From a virus (Duplodnaviria > Caudoviricetes), in the IMG/VR virus record IMGVR_UViG_3300044611_001018: DNA of 64,000 nt. One strand, given 5' to 3'. Of this stretch, positions 28,334 to 35,908 are shown piece after piece (position 1 is the first letter of the stretch; every line of letters begins with the position of its first letter). The translations under genes and the position numbers were made by a program. The notes below the pieces were generated by a model. It was not told where the DNA came from and searched no databases. It saw nothing but the letters and a program-made list of their open reading frames with translations.

Positions 28334-29446
28334 TTATCCACCAAGAAATAAATTCTTTAATGGATACTTTGTTTTTTTGTTTAGGAGATGATGCCAAACA
28401 TATTTGGCACCACCAACAGCAGTTCCACCATCATGAGATAATGGGTCAACATAAAAATTGACATTTGGAAATGCTTTAATATACTCATAATTATTAACAC
28501 AGTTTAAAAAGTAACCACCAGATAAAACAATGTTATTTGTTTGAACTTTATCAAGTAACATCTGTATTAGTCTAATAGTATGCTCTTTAGTTTCATTCTG
28601 TAGTTTTTTTGCAAGATTTGAATTTTGTTCAAAAGTTGGGTTTTTTAAAAAAGATTCATCAAAATTAGGATTTACATCATCATTTTCATAAATCTTTCTA
28701 ATAGTATTTAATACATTTTTATTGTTAGTATACCATCGATCCGTTTTTTGATCATAATCAAACCAAACATCATTATCAAGTTCACTTGAATTACCATAAG
28801 GTGCTAACCCCATAATCTTACCAGCAGAATGTAGTCTAGTAACTGCAGCAATAGAGTTAAACAACCAACCACAACTTCCAGTTGAAGATAAAATTTTATT
28901 ATCCTCAATTTCAAATGGTGGATCAAAGTAAGTAATACAACTTGGAGTAAAAACTTGACTAATCAATTCACACTTTCCAGTCTCTGAAAAGTAAAACATA
29001 GATTCAGATTCTCTATTGCGTATGTAATCTCTAACATATGCACCACCACCATCTAAAACTAATGCAGCCGCCTCATTAAATTCTGACCCATAAAAAGCAC
29101 TACATGCATGATACAAATGATGTTCCAGATAATAATGCTCTTCTCCGTAAGTTATTGTCCATTGAGATAATTGTTTTTTAACCTCCTCAATCATCTCCTT
29201 ATCAGATTCTTCAGCATAAAAATCTTCTGTATAACTATCACCTCTACAAAAGGATACAAAGATAATGTGGTCAAGATGTTTTGTATACTTTAAAATATCA
29301 GTGATAGAACGAATATAACTTTTTAACGTCCATGGTTCTTCCTTTCTTTTGTTCCATCTATCATCTTCCAAATAATATATGAGTTCTCCATCTTTAAGAA
29401 GAGCAAGAGATGGATGGTGTGATATGTTAACTCCAAGGATGTACAT
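28334..29446 (-). CDS. Carbamoyltransferase (CmcH/NodU/TobZ family), stand-alone Kae1-like half
   Basis: ILGVNISHH...HHLYHACSAFY...DGGG...GKIMGLAPYG...LSGGYFLNC..N...DGGTAVG. Confidence 0.85.
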   Translation of the reverse strand: MYILGVNISHHPSLALLKDGELIYYLEDDRWNKRKEEPWTLKSYIRSITDILKYTKHLDHIIFVSFCRGDSYTEDFYAEESDKEMIEEVKKQLSQWTITYGEEHYYLEHHLYHACSAFYGSEFNEAAALVLDGGGAYVRDYIRNRESESMFYFSETGKCELISQVFTPSCITYFDPPFEIEDNKILSSTGSCGWLFNSIAAVTRLHSAGKIMGLAPYGNSSELDNDVWFDYDQKTDRWYTNNKNVLNTIRKIYENDDVNPNFDESFLKNPTFEQNSNLAKKLQNETKEHTIRLIQMLLDKVQTNNIVLSGGYFLNCVNNYEYIKAFPNVNFYVDPLSHDGGTAVGGAKYVWHHLLNKKTKYPLKNLFLGG

Positions 29447-29448
29447 AA

Positions 29449-30033
29449 TCAGTCATTTAAACAAGTGTATAATTTATTTTCTTCTGGAAGATAAAGATAC
29501 TCTATACGACTATTAGAGATAGTGGTAAGAGCATCATAAAGAGTATGGCAAATTACTTCTCCCGCAAGATTAAACGAAGTATTAAACAACATTGGAATGT
29601 TTGTTCTACTATAAAAGGTTTTAATTAAATTATAGTAGTGATAATTTTGTTCTTCAGTTACAGTTTGAATTCTGCAAGTATCGTCAACATGAAGAACTCC
29701 TGGAATTAATTCTTTTTTTTCTTCTTTAACTGGAATTGCATACATCATAAACGGAGATTCTTTTATAGTCAACATTTCAAACCATTCATGAGCATGTTCA
29801 AGTAAGACTGAGGCAGCAAATGGTCTCCACCACTCTCTTCTTTTTACCGAATTAACAAATTCTTTAGCATCAGAATCTCTAGGGTCATAAAGAATAGACC
29901 TATTACCTAAAGCTCTTGGTCCTGCTTCAGTTTTACCTTGAAAGATTGAAACAATATTTTTTTTATCTATTAGATCTACAATGTCTGAGTACGTAACATT
30001 ATATTGTTCCGTTGTTTTATCATTCCCAACCAT
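29449..30033 (-). CDS. Carbamoyltransferase, stand-alone YrdC-like half
   Basis: GKTEAGPRALGNRSIL...KRREWWRPFA...HVDDTCRIQTV...NTSFNLAGE. Confidence 0.88.
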   Translation of the reverse strand: MVGNDKTTEQYNVTYSDIVDLIDKKNIVSIFQGKTEAGPRALGNRSILYDPRDSDAKEFVNSVKRREWWRPFAASVLLEHAHEWFEMLTIKESPFMMYAIPVKEEKKELIPGVLHVDDTCRIQTVTEEQNYHYYNLIKTFYSRTNIPMLFNTSFNLAGEVICHTLYDALTTISNSRIEYLYLPEENKLYTCLND

Positions 30034-30035
30034 GA

Positions 30036-30278
30036 TTAAATCTTTTTCACATTAGATTTTGGTGCTCTAGATGCCTTCTCAAGAACATCATTCCACCCAG
30101 GGTGCTTTTTAATCAATTGGTCTTTCCATTCACCAACCTCACCAGTAGAAGCACAACCTTCAGACCAATCTCGTCTCCATTCTGGGTTATCTTTATACCA
30201 CTGCATAATATCATTAACACTCATTTCAACGACCTTTTTTTCTCCAGTCTCAACATGAATAATAGGATAAATTGCCAT
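30036..30278 (-). CDS. Conserved hypothetical cyanophage protein
   Basis: MAIYPIIHVETGE...NPEW...GW.DVL. Confidence 0.75.
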   Translation of the reverse strand: MAIYPIIHVETGEKKVVEMSVNDIMQWYKDNPEWRRDWSEGCASTGEVGEWKDQLIKKHPGWNDVLEKASRAPKSNVKKI

Positions 30279-30303
30279 AACTTCTATAATAAAGATAACT
30301 TAT

Positions 30304-31020
30304 TTATTGGATGATAATAGATGGGGCATCAATACATTCTGGACAGTTCTCTGGTTCCCAACCAAGTGCTTTAGCAATATCAGGGAACTGACAGATAAAG
30401 ACGCAACGTGCTGCTTCTGCGATGTCCATATGCTCCTTCTGAGTGCCGTGAGCAGAGCGTAGGTCAATATAATGGATCCATGACCTTACAGAACCCTTCA
30501 TGTAGATTCTGGTGGGGGTTGCGAGTGGAAGCACAAACCTTGCACATTCCTTTGCAACACCTGCATCAAGCATCTTATCGTAAAGGCGTTGTGATTCTTC
30601 AAAGTGCTGTTCAATCATTCCCTCAAACTTTTCCCTTACATGTTCATCCAAATCATTAGTTGAGTTCTGACGATTCTTTTCGTCTTGCCTGCGAAGTTCA
30701 GGAACCTCAGGAAGATCAGTAAGTAGTTTTGTATCTGCGTAACGTTGTGAAAATTCCTGATATGTGAAGGACCTATGACGAAGCACTTGAGCTGCGATAC
30801 CACGAGTCGTATTGATTTCAAGAGTCATATCTGCTTGCTCGAAGATAGACCAATGATTTTGCTTAATACAATAACGAAGAAGTCCAGCAGCAGTATCAAA
30901 TTTAAGTTGATTACTTGGATTGCTTACACGAGCATTGTATGTAATTACTTCCTGTGCAGACTTTCCAGCAAGTTCTCCTGCACCTTGAGTAACAGCAATC
31001 AATTTAACAATATTAGACAT
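30304..31020 (-). CDS. thyX: Flavin-dependent thymidylate synthase
   Basis: ARVS...HWSIFE...RHRSFTYQEFSQRY...ECARFVLP...RSWIHYIDLR. Confidence 0.97.
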   Translation of the reverse strand: MSNIVKLIAVTQGAGELAGKSAQEVITYNARVSNPSNQLKFDTAAGLLRYCIKQNHWSIFEQADMTLEINTTRGIAAQVLRHRSFTYQEFSQRYADTKLLTDLPEVPELRRQDEKNRQNSTNDLDEHVREKFEGMIEQHFEESQRLYDKMLDAGVAKECARFVLPLATPTRIYMKGSVRSWIHYIDLRSAHGTQKEHMDIAEAARCVFICQFPDIAKALGWEPENCPECIDAPSIIIQ

Positions 31021-31590
31021 TTAACTCTCCAAATAATTTTTAAAAATTTCTAAAGCAGAATCCCAGTGTATAAACTGTCCCGCTTGGTTGACTGGAACAA
31101 AGCATAACGTCCATCTACCATGCGGTGTGGGATTATTTGTACCGTGCAAAACACCCACGTTAACTAAACTAGGTCGATTTGTATTTGCCTCATAAAGAAG
31201 TTCAGAATCTTCCTCATTTGCCCAAAGATTATCATGGTATTCATCGGTGCTACCCTGATAACCATTCAGTTGCATTCTTTTAGTTTTATCAGACTTCCAC
31301 CATTGTATCACACCTTCTTCAGGTCCCCAAGACATATTAATCTTGGCATGATTTGTATAGTGACCATGATCGGTATGAATCGGAATCTTAGAGAATGGTG
31401 GGGTATAAAATACTTCTTTAAGATGAAGAGTCAATCCAAGGTCAACAAAAAATTCTTCCATTGGATAGAATGGATAATCATTAATATAAAAATGTCTGAT
31501 TTGATTACCCTGTTCCTTAAATAACGGAAGAGGACCAATAGTGAAAGGTAAGTTAAGGTATCTATGATAGGTATTAATCGCAGTATCCAT
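31021..31590 (-). CDS. Fe/2OG-like cupin protein
   Basis: IHTD...LVNVGVLHG...RWTL facial-triad pattern; start set at MDTAIN. Confidence 0.55.
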   Translation of the reverse strand: MDTAINTYHRYLNLPFTIGPLPLFKEQGNQIRHFYINDYPFYPMEEFFVDLGLTLHLKEVFYTPPFSKIPIHTDHGHYTNHAKINMSWGPEEGVIQWWKSDKTKRMQLNGYQGSTDEYHDNLWANEEDSELLYEANTNRPSLVNVGVLHGTNNPTPHGRWTLCFVPVNQAGQFIHWDSALEIFKNYLES

Positions 31591-31738
31591 CGTCATCCTC
31601 AAAGACTTCATCGTAATCGGTTATACTATAATCATATTCTTGTACATAACTTTCTGTATCTGAAAGAACTTCAGATTCTATTTCTTCAATAAGTTGTTTA
31701 AGAGTATTAATTAATAGCTTTAGCTTTTCTCTATCCAT
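31574..31738 (-). CDS. Small acidic hypothetical protein
   Basis: MDREKLKLLINTLK...EIESEVLSD...YDEVFEDDDG. Confidence 0.7.
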   Translation of the reverse strand: MDREKLKLLINTLKQLIEEIESEVLSDTESYVQEYDYSITDYDEVFEDDDGYCD

Positions 31739-31761
31739 TTTTATTAACCTCAACAAAGGTA

Positions 31762-31790
31762 ATTATAGATAAAAAAAAGAGGGGAGTCAA
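31762..31790 (-). promoter_or_regulatory. Sigma70-type promoter built into the terminator hairpin
   Basis: TTGACT (31790-85), 17 nt, TATAAT (31767-62). Confidence 0.65.
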
Positions 31791-31802
31791 GTCCCCTCTT
31801 TA
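31771..31802. terminator. Intrinsic terminator (hairpin with A- and T-tracts)
   Basis: AAAAAAAAGAGGGGA-GTCAAG-TCCCCTCTTTT. Confidence 0.8.
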
Positions 31803-31804
31803 TA

Positions 31805-31906
31805 TTAAGCAATTTGTGGTTGTTTTGCCATATTTAACTGTGCAGCTTTAAGAAGACTTTCCTTCTTTGCTTTTTTCTTGAGGTAACGAACGAAGTAAGT
31901 ATTCAT
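31805..31906 (-). CDS. 33-aa basic peptide
   Basis: MNTYFVRYLKKKAKKESLLKAAQLNMAKQPQIA*; ATGA overlap with the upstream ORF; GGAGG SD. Confidence 0.65.
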   Translation of the reverse strand: MNTYFVRYLKKKAKKESLLKAAQLNMAKQPQIA

Positions 31907-32070
31907 TTTACATTACCTCCCTTTGACTTTTCCATAGAGAATTTGTTTCCATTTTCATCCACCCAGAACATTGTTCCGCGATAGATTTCTACATGAGGTT
32001 CTCTTTTCAAAGTTTGATTTGGGCGGTCGTTGGTGTCATATTCGACACCACGATATACGACTTTAGACAT
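31903..32070 (-). CDS. DUF4278-like small protein (55 aa)
   Basis: MSKVVYRGVEYDT...EIYRGT; two YRG motifs; AAGGAG SD. Confidence 0.8.
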   Translation of the reverse strand: MSKVVYRGVEYDTNDRPNQTLKREPHVEIYRGTMFWVDENGNKFSMEKSKGGNVK

Positions 32071-32101
32071 TAGGGTTCTCCTTAATTTTGAGGCTAAAGA
32101 G

Positions 32102-32270
32102 CGTTCCTTCAGTCGGCTTTTGCGTCTATTTTACACTCTTTGGGAGAGATTTGTTTAATCTCCCAAATTAAATCATTCTTAATCTGTTTAGGAATGTCTT
32201 GTTTATTAACTCTCCCAGCAATTAACTGTGCCTGTAAGCATGAAAGAATGAGTGCTTCCATAGATGAACG
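32102..32270 (-). ncRNA. Glutamine-riboswitch-like aptamer 2 with a 130-nt ORF-containing P2 loop
   Basis: CGTTCA-TCTAT[130 nt]ATAGA-CGCAAAAGCCGACTGAAGGAACG; P1 CGTTC/GAACG and P2 TCTAT/ATAGA. Confidence 0.65.
32109..32261 (-). CDS. 50-aa ORF nested in riboswitch aptamer 2
   Basis: MEALILSCLQAQLIAGRVNKQDIPKQIKNDLIWEIKQISPKECKIDAKAD*. Confidence 0.6.
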   Translation of the reverse strand: MEALILSCLQAQLIAGRVNKQDIPKQIKNDLIWEIKQISPKECKIDAKAD

Positions 32271-32273
32271 TTC

Positions 32274-32313
32274 CGTTCCGAGTCGGCTTACTTCCGTCCC
32301 ATAGGGATGAACG
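32274..32313 (-). ncRNA. Glutamine-riboswitch-like aptamer 1 (glnA-motif-like)
   Basis: CGTTCA-TCCC-TAT-GGGA-CGGAAGTA-AGCCGACT-CGGAACG; P1 CGTTC/GAACG, P2 hairpin, GGAAGUA junction. Confidence 0.75.
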
Positions 32314-32320
32314 TAAGGTC

Positions 32321-32349
32321 ATTATAGACCTATTGCATTATATAGGCAA
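32321..32349 (-). promoter_or_regulatory. Sigma70-type promoter starting just upstream of aptamer 1
   Basis: TTGCCT (32349-44), 17 nt, TATAAT (32326-21). Confidence 0.7.
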
Positions 32350-32356
32350 GTCTTTT

Positions 32357-32372
32357 TGTAAAATGTAATACA
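32357..32372. promoter_or_regulatory. Candidate NtcA box
   Basis: TGTA-AAATGTAA-TACA matches TGTA-N8-TACA. Confidence 0.4.
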
Positions 32373-32374
32373 TT

Positions 32375-32701
32375 TTAATCTCTTTGTCTCCAATCGTCAG
32401 GCTTATCTCTATCTTCCGAAAAGAAATCTACAATATCATCAACACTTTCAAATCTACGAATACCAAAACGTTCGTGACCCAATCCACCAATGTCAAGTTG
32501 ATTTAAAAAATCATCCATATCACCCTTCTTCATGTCGGGATTTTCTGCTGTTCTTCTTGCTTGGCGGAGCATTGTACCTGCGGTCCTATTTGCCTTGGCA
32601 AGTTTCTCTGCCCAAATCATATCATCTAAAGTGACTTCTTGATGTTTAGCAATTTTGTCGCAGATTGCTTCCAAACGAAGTCGATATTGTGTAGAGAGCA
32701 T
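32375..32701 (-). CDS. Conserved hypothetical cyanophage protein
   Basis: MLSTQYRLRLEAIC...DMIWAEKLAKAN...DDFLNQLD. Confidence 0.8.
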   Translation of the reverse strand: MLSTQYRLRLEAICDKIAKHQEVTLDDMIWAEKLAKANRTAGTMLRQARRTAENPDMKKGDMDDFLNQLDIGGLGHERFGIRRFESVDDIVDFFSEDRDKPDDWRQRD

Positions 32702-32736
32702 ATGTAGTCTCCATATAGGGTTATTTAGTATTCAAA

Positions 32737-32940
32737 TCAATATGGAAGAGATTTTAATCCATCCAAAACTTCTTGAAATTTTTCTGCGCGAGTCTTGTGA
32801 TGTTCAACATTCTTCTCCAGAACATCCACAATGTCATCTAAAATAGTGTCTGCCGAAGCATCAGTATTAAAATACTGTTGAATTGCTTCAGCAAGGTATC
32901 TATGCCTATTCCATTCCATACTATAAGGTTTATATGTCAT
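32737..32940 (-). CDS. Hypothetical protein
   Basis: 67-aa ORF downstream of a consensus promoter. Confidence 0.7.
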   Translation of the reverse strand: MTYKPYSMEWNRHRYLAEAIQQYFNTDASADTILDDIVDVLEKNVEHHKTRAEKFQEVLDGLKSLPY

Positions 32941-32962
32941 GATAAGAAAGATATATTTTTCA

Positions 32963-32991
32963 ATTATAGAAGGAAAAATTTATTTTGTCAA
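32963..32991 (-). promoter_or_regulatory. Consensus sigma70-type promoter
   Basis: TTGACA (32991-86), 17 nt, TATAAT (32968-63). Confidence 0.8.
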
Positions 32992-33473
32992 CCAATAGTA
33001 TCAAAGAAAAAAACTTGGGTGAGTCTACCAGTTTCAACAGAATCTCCAAACCCAGGAATCATACTTCTATGATATAGAGTTCCGCGATATAATATTAATC
33101 TATTATATACGTTACCCATCATTGTCACTAATTTTTTTTCTTCATTATAAATTCCTGTTCCAGAATTTATTGGAGCACCTGGAGTTAAAAATAATACTCC
33201 TGCCCATTCAACATCATCTTTATGAATCCAAGTGGAATCATCTCTTAAACAAAGTTGAAATCTAAAACAATCTCTATCTCTCCTAAATTCAATTTTTTTT
33301 CCTATTACTGGTTCTATTTTTGCACGCACCATTTCCTGGTAGTCATGGTCTGCTGCATCTGTACGACTACCAGGAAATGTTCCAGTATTTTTAAATGGCA
33401 AACAAATAACAGAAGACCTTACCAAATCTGGTTTATCTAAAAAATTATCAATTATAATAGTATCAATTTTCAT
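32988..33473 (-). CDS. Fe/2OG oxygenase (DUF6445-like)
   Basis: IIDNF...FPG.R...WIHKD...WAGVLFLTP...YNRLILY....H......G..RLTQVFF. Confidence 0.75.
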   Translation of the reverse strand: MKIDTIIIDNFLDKPDLVRSSVICLPFKNTGTFPGSRTDAADHDYQEMVRAKIEPVIGKKIEFRRDRDCFRFQLCLRDDSTWIHKDDVEWAGVLFLTPGAPINSGTGIYNEEKKLVTMMGNVYNRLILYRGTLYHRSMIPGFGDSVETGRLTQVFFFDTIG

Positions 33474-33601
33474 TTATGATTATACTTATCGGGATTCTTC
33501 TCTGAATCGTAAATAAAAAATGCAAATGGGAACAATAATGAAATTCCCAAAATAGTCCCAACTACAATAGGACCAAATGCATCAACAATTTTAGCAATCA
33601 T
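33470..33601 (-). CDS. Small membrane protein (43 aa)
   Basis: MIAKIVDAFGPIVVGTILGISLLFPFAFFIYDSEKNPDKYNHK*; 4-nt overlaps with both neighbours. Confidence 0.55.
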   Translation of the reverse strand: MIAKIVDAFGPIVVGTILGISLLFPFAFFIYDSEKNPDKYNHK

Positions 33602-33924
33602 CTTTCTATGTAACTAAGTGTATGATTCGTAGCATATAATTGTTCGATTATCATATCACACCCAATCTTTGGGTTACAATCGCCGCATGTAAATAGATCT
33701 ACTGCAGCCTCTCCCTTTTCTGGCCAAGTATGAATACTAATATGACTTTCAGACAGCAAAGTTAGTACAGTAACTCCTTGAGGATCAAATTTTTTAAAAA
33801 TTGTATTAACTACAGTAGCGCCGCTAATACTAGCTGCTTCTTCTAATAACTTTATTAGGTATTCTTGATCGTCTAACAATACAAAAGAACACCCATACAA
33901 ATTTAATAAGTAATGTTTCCCCAT
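33598..33924 (-). CDS. speD: S-adenosylmethionine decarboxylase proenzyme
   Basis: MGKH...F.PQGVT...LSESHISIHTWPE.G.AAVDLFTCG. Confidence 0.95.
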   Translation of the reverse strand: MGKHYLLNLYGCSFVLLDDQEYLIKLLEEAASISGATVVNTIFKKFDPQGVTVLTLLSESHISIHTWPEKGEAAVDLFTCGDCNPKIGCDMIIEQLYATNHTLSYIER

Positions 33925-33950
33925 CTCTACTTTAAATATTTGACATTTTT

Positions 33951-34685
33951 TTATTTAGAATTGTTGTACAAGACATAATCTTGACTGTATACATCTATAA
34001 ATTTTTGATGCCTTAAACAATAGTCATTAAAAATCTTACAACATAATTCATAGTTTTTAATTTTTAAATACTCACCATCCATTAAATTTTTTTTCTTTAT
34101 TGGAACTTCGCAACCAATAAAATCAGATATTTTTTGTTCAAAAAACTCATCGATTCTAATAAGATTAATGTCAAAGTTTATTTTTGATGGTTGAAAGCAG
34201 TAATCTATAAATCTAAACTGTGGCAAAGTATGCCCATCAAATATAAATTTTTTGTTTCTTAACTCTAATAATATATCTCTAGAGTTTGGTGTAGAAAGAT
34301 AAACCCCAACCTCGCTAAGAAATTGATTGAATCCAGAAATCCATCTATCCTTTGGATGCCTAGTAACAACTAAAATTTTATATTCTTTTTTATATTCTTC
34401 TGGTATTTCTAAATCAAATTGACTCTGAACATTTGGTACTTGGTACACAGGTTCAAAGTCAATTAAATTCTTTAAAGAAGTTGATGCATTTTTTGATATT
34501 GGTATGTATAGAATTTTATATCTTTTAGATATGTAAAATGCATCAAATTCAACTGTCTCTATACCATCTGGTGTATAATCTAAAAAATATTTTTTAGATA
34601 CACATTTATCTATTTGTTCCCTATACTGGTCCCAATCAAAATTATAACAATCAGATGAGTTCATCCGAATCGCCACCATATTCAT
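33951..34685 (-). CDS. Sulfotransferase family 2-like protein
   Basis: YIPISKNASTS (5'-PSB-like), VTRHPKDRWISGF (3'-PB-like), HTLPQ. Confidence 0.7.
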   Translation of the reverse strand: MNMVAIRMNSSDCYNFDWDQYREQIDKCVSKKYFLDYTPDGIETVEFDAFYISKRYKILYIPISKNASTSLKNLIDFEPVYQVPNVQSQFDLEIPEEYKKEYKILVVTRHPKDRWISGFNQFLSEVGVYLSTPNSRDILLELRNKKFIFDGHTLPQFRFIDYCFQPSKINFDINLIRIDEFFEQKISDFIGCEVPIKKKNLMDGEYLKIKNYELCCKIFNDYCLRHQKFIDVYSQDYVLYNNSK

Positions 34686-34866
34686 CCAGAAGATTTTTTA
34701 CTACATCTTCTGTACCATCAATAGTTTTTACTTTGTATAAAGAAGATCTCATATATTTTTTAATCTTCTTATATTCTTTTAGAAGTTTATTAACTTCATT
34801 ATCATTAATAACAACTACTGCCTTACCATTTTTAGGTTTATCCGCGCCAAATCCACTAGACATCAC
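34651..34866 (-). CDS. Hypothetical protein
   Basis: 71 aa, GFG...YKKIKKYM pattern. Confidence 0.65.
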   Translation of the reverse strand: MMSSGFGADKPKNGKAVVVINDNEVNKLLKEYKKIKKYMRSSLYKVKTIDGTEDVVKNLLDEYGGDSDELI

Positions 34867-35147
34867 TCCCCCCTTTTTTTACTCTTAGTTTCTTTTGGAG
34901 TTATATTCCAAAGTTTAGGGTTAACTCTTCCTTCCGATTGTTTATACCACTTTAATCCTTCTCTATACAGATCCCAATAATAATCAAAAATGTCTATCTT
35001 TTTATTTGCGATAACAATATCATAACAAAGTGAATCATCAATACAATAATGCACTAGATATGCATTGTAAGGTAGATTTCTATCATTAGATAATTCAGGA
35101 TCACAATTTTGTTGAAGAATTTTGATATTCAAGAGCGACCTCCCCAT
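34863..35147 (-). CDS. Hypothetical protein
   Basis: 94 aa, CDP....LPYNAYLV.Y...DIFD.YWD.Y...G..NPKLW. Confidence 0.7.
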   Translation of the reverse strand: MGRSLLNIKILQQNCDPELSNDRNLPYNAYLVHYCIDDSLCYDIVIANKKIDIFDYYWDLYREGLKWYKQSEGRVNPKLWNITPKETKSKKRGE

Positions 35148-35698
35148 TGAATATCTGGGTATGCCTCAGCAACAATATCTTTAGTAATCTTATATTTTTC
35201 TTGAAGTTTTTTGTCCTTAACAAGAACCATAATCTCAGCTTCTTTTGGATGAAGTCCTTCAAGCATTTGAATAAACATAGTCTCTCTACGGAGACTTGAC
35301 AAAGATGGGTTACCACCTTGAAGATAATTATAAAAGTTCTCCCACTCATTGCGAATGGAAGTTGCCCTGTTACGGATAAATTCATCTGCATTAGAAAGTC
35401 CTTGAACTTTGTTCAATTTTTCTACTGATGCAGATAGAGTATCATTAAATGCAGATTGCTCCTCAACTCTTGAGTAAGGAACATCTCCTTGTGGCAATAG
35501 TGAGATTGCCGTATCATCAAAATTCCAAATAAGAATTGCAGTAAGTCCTTCATTTCTATATTTTTGAAGGACTTCTACTTTTTTTACACTAGATCTTTGC
35601 TTAGAAACTAATTCTAAAATTTCAAATTGAAAAGAATTTGGTTGCAATTCAATAGGAGATTCAGTCTTCGTCTCCTTCTTCGTCTTCGTAATAGTCAT
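35129..35698 (-). CDS. Conserved T4-like hypothetical protein (DUF6433-like)
   Basis: EILELVSK...LPQGDVPY...RRETMFIQMLEGLHPKEAE. Confidence 0.75.
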   Translation of the reverse strand: MTITKTKKETKTESPIELQPNSFQFEILELVSKQRSSVKKVEVLQKYRNEGLTAILIWNFDDTAISLLPQGDVPYSRVEEQSAFNDTLSASVEKLNKVQGLSNADEFIRNRATSIRNEWENFYNYLQGGNPSLSSLRRETMFIQMLEGLHPKEAEIMVLVKDKKLQEKYKITKDIVAEAYPDIQWGGRS

Positions 35699-35891
35699 TT
35701 GTGTTTTCAAATCGTACAGCTACTATTTCATCGGGAATAATATTCCCATTTTCATCAAACATTTCGGGGTGTGTATAAGCAATTGCAGTTCCTTCATAGA
35801 AGTGTTGCTTTGCGATCCATCCGATTACTCCACCCAAAAATAAAAACATTATTGAGAATAGGGCAGAGAATGTGAGAGTTACTGCTAACAT
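35661..35891 (-). CDS. Small membrane protein
   Basis: N-terminal TM helix, then HPEMFDENGN. Confidence 0.7.
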   Translation of the reverse strand: MLAVTLTFSALFSIMFLFLGGVIGWIAKQHFYEGTAIAYTHPEMFDENGNIIPDEIVAVRFENTNDYYEDEEGDED

Positions 35892-35908
35892 TGGACTTCT
35901 CCCGAGAG

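Noticed and set aside
29446-29451. Sequencing error or frameshift splitting one carbamoyltransferase
   Set aside because: The C-type half precedes the N-type half, so rejoining them would not restore the order of the full-length paralogues.
30304-31020. Group I intron or homing endonuclease in thyX or tRNA-Leu
   Set aside because: Both are uninterrupted; no GIY-YIG, HNH or LAGLIDADG motif noticed.
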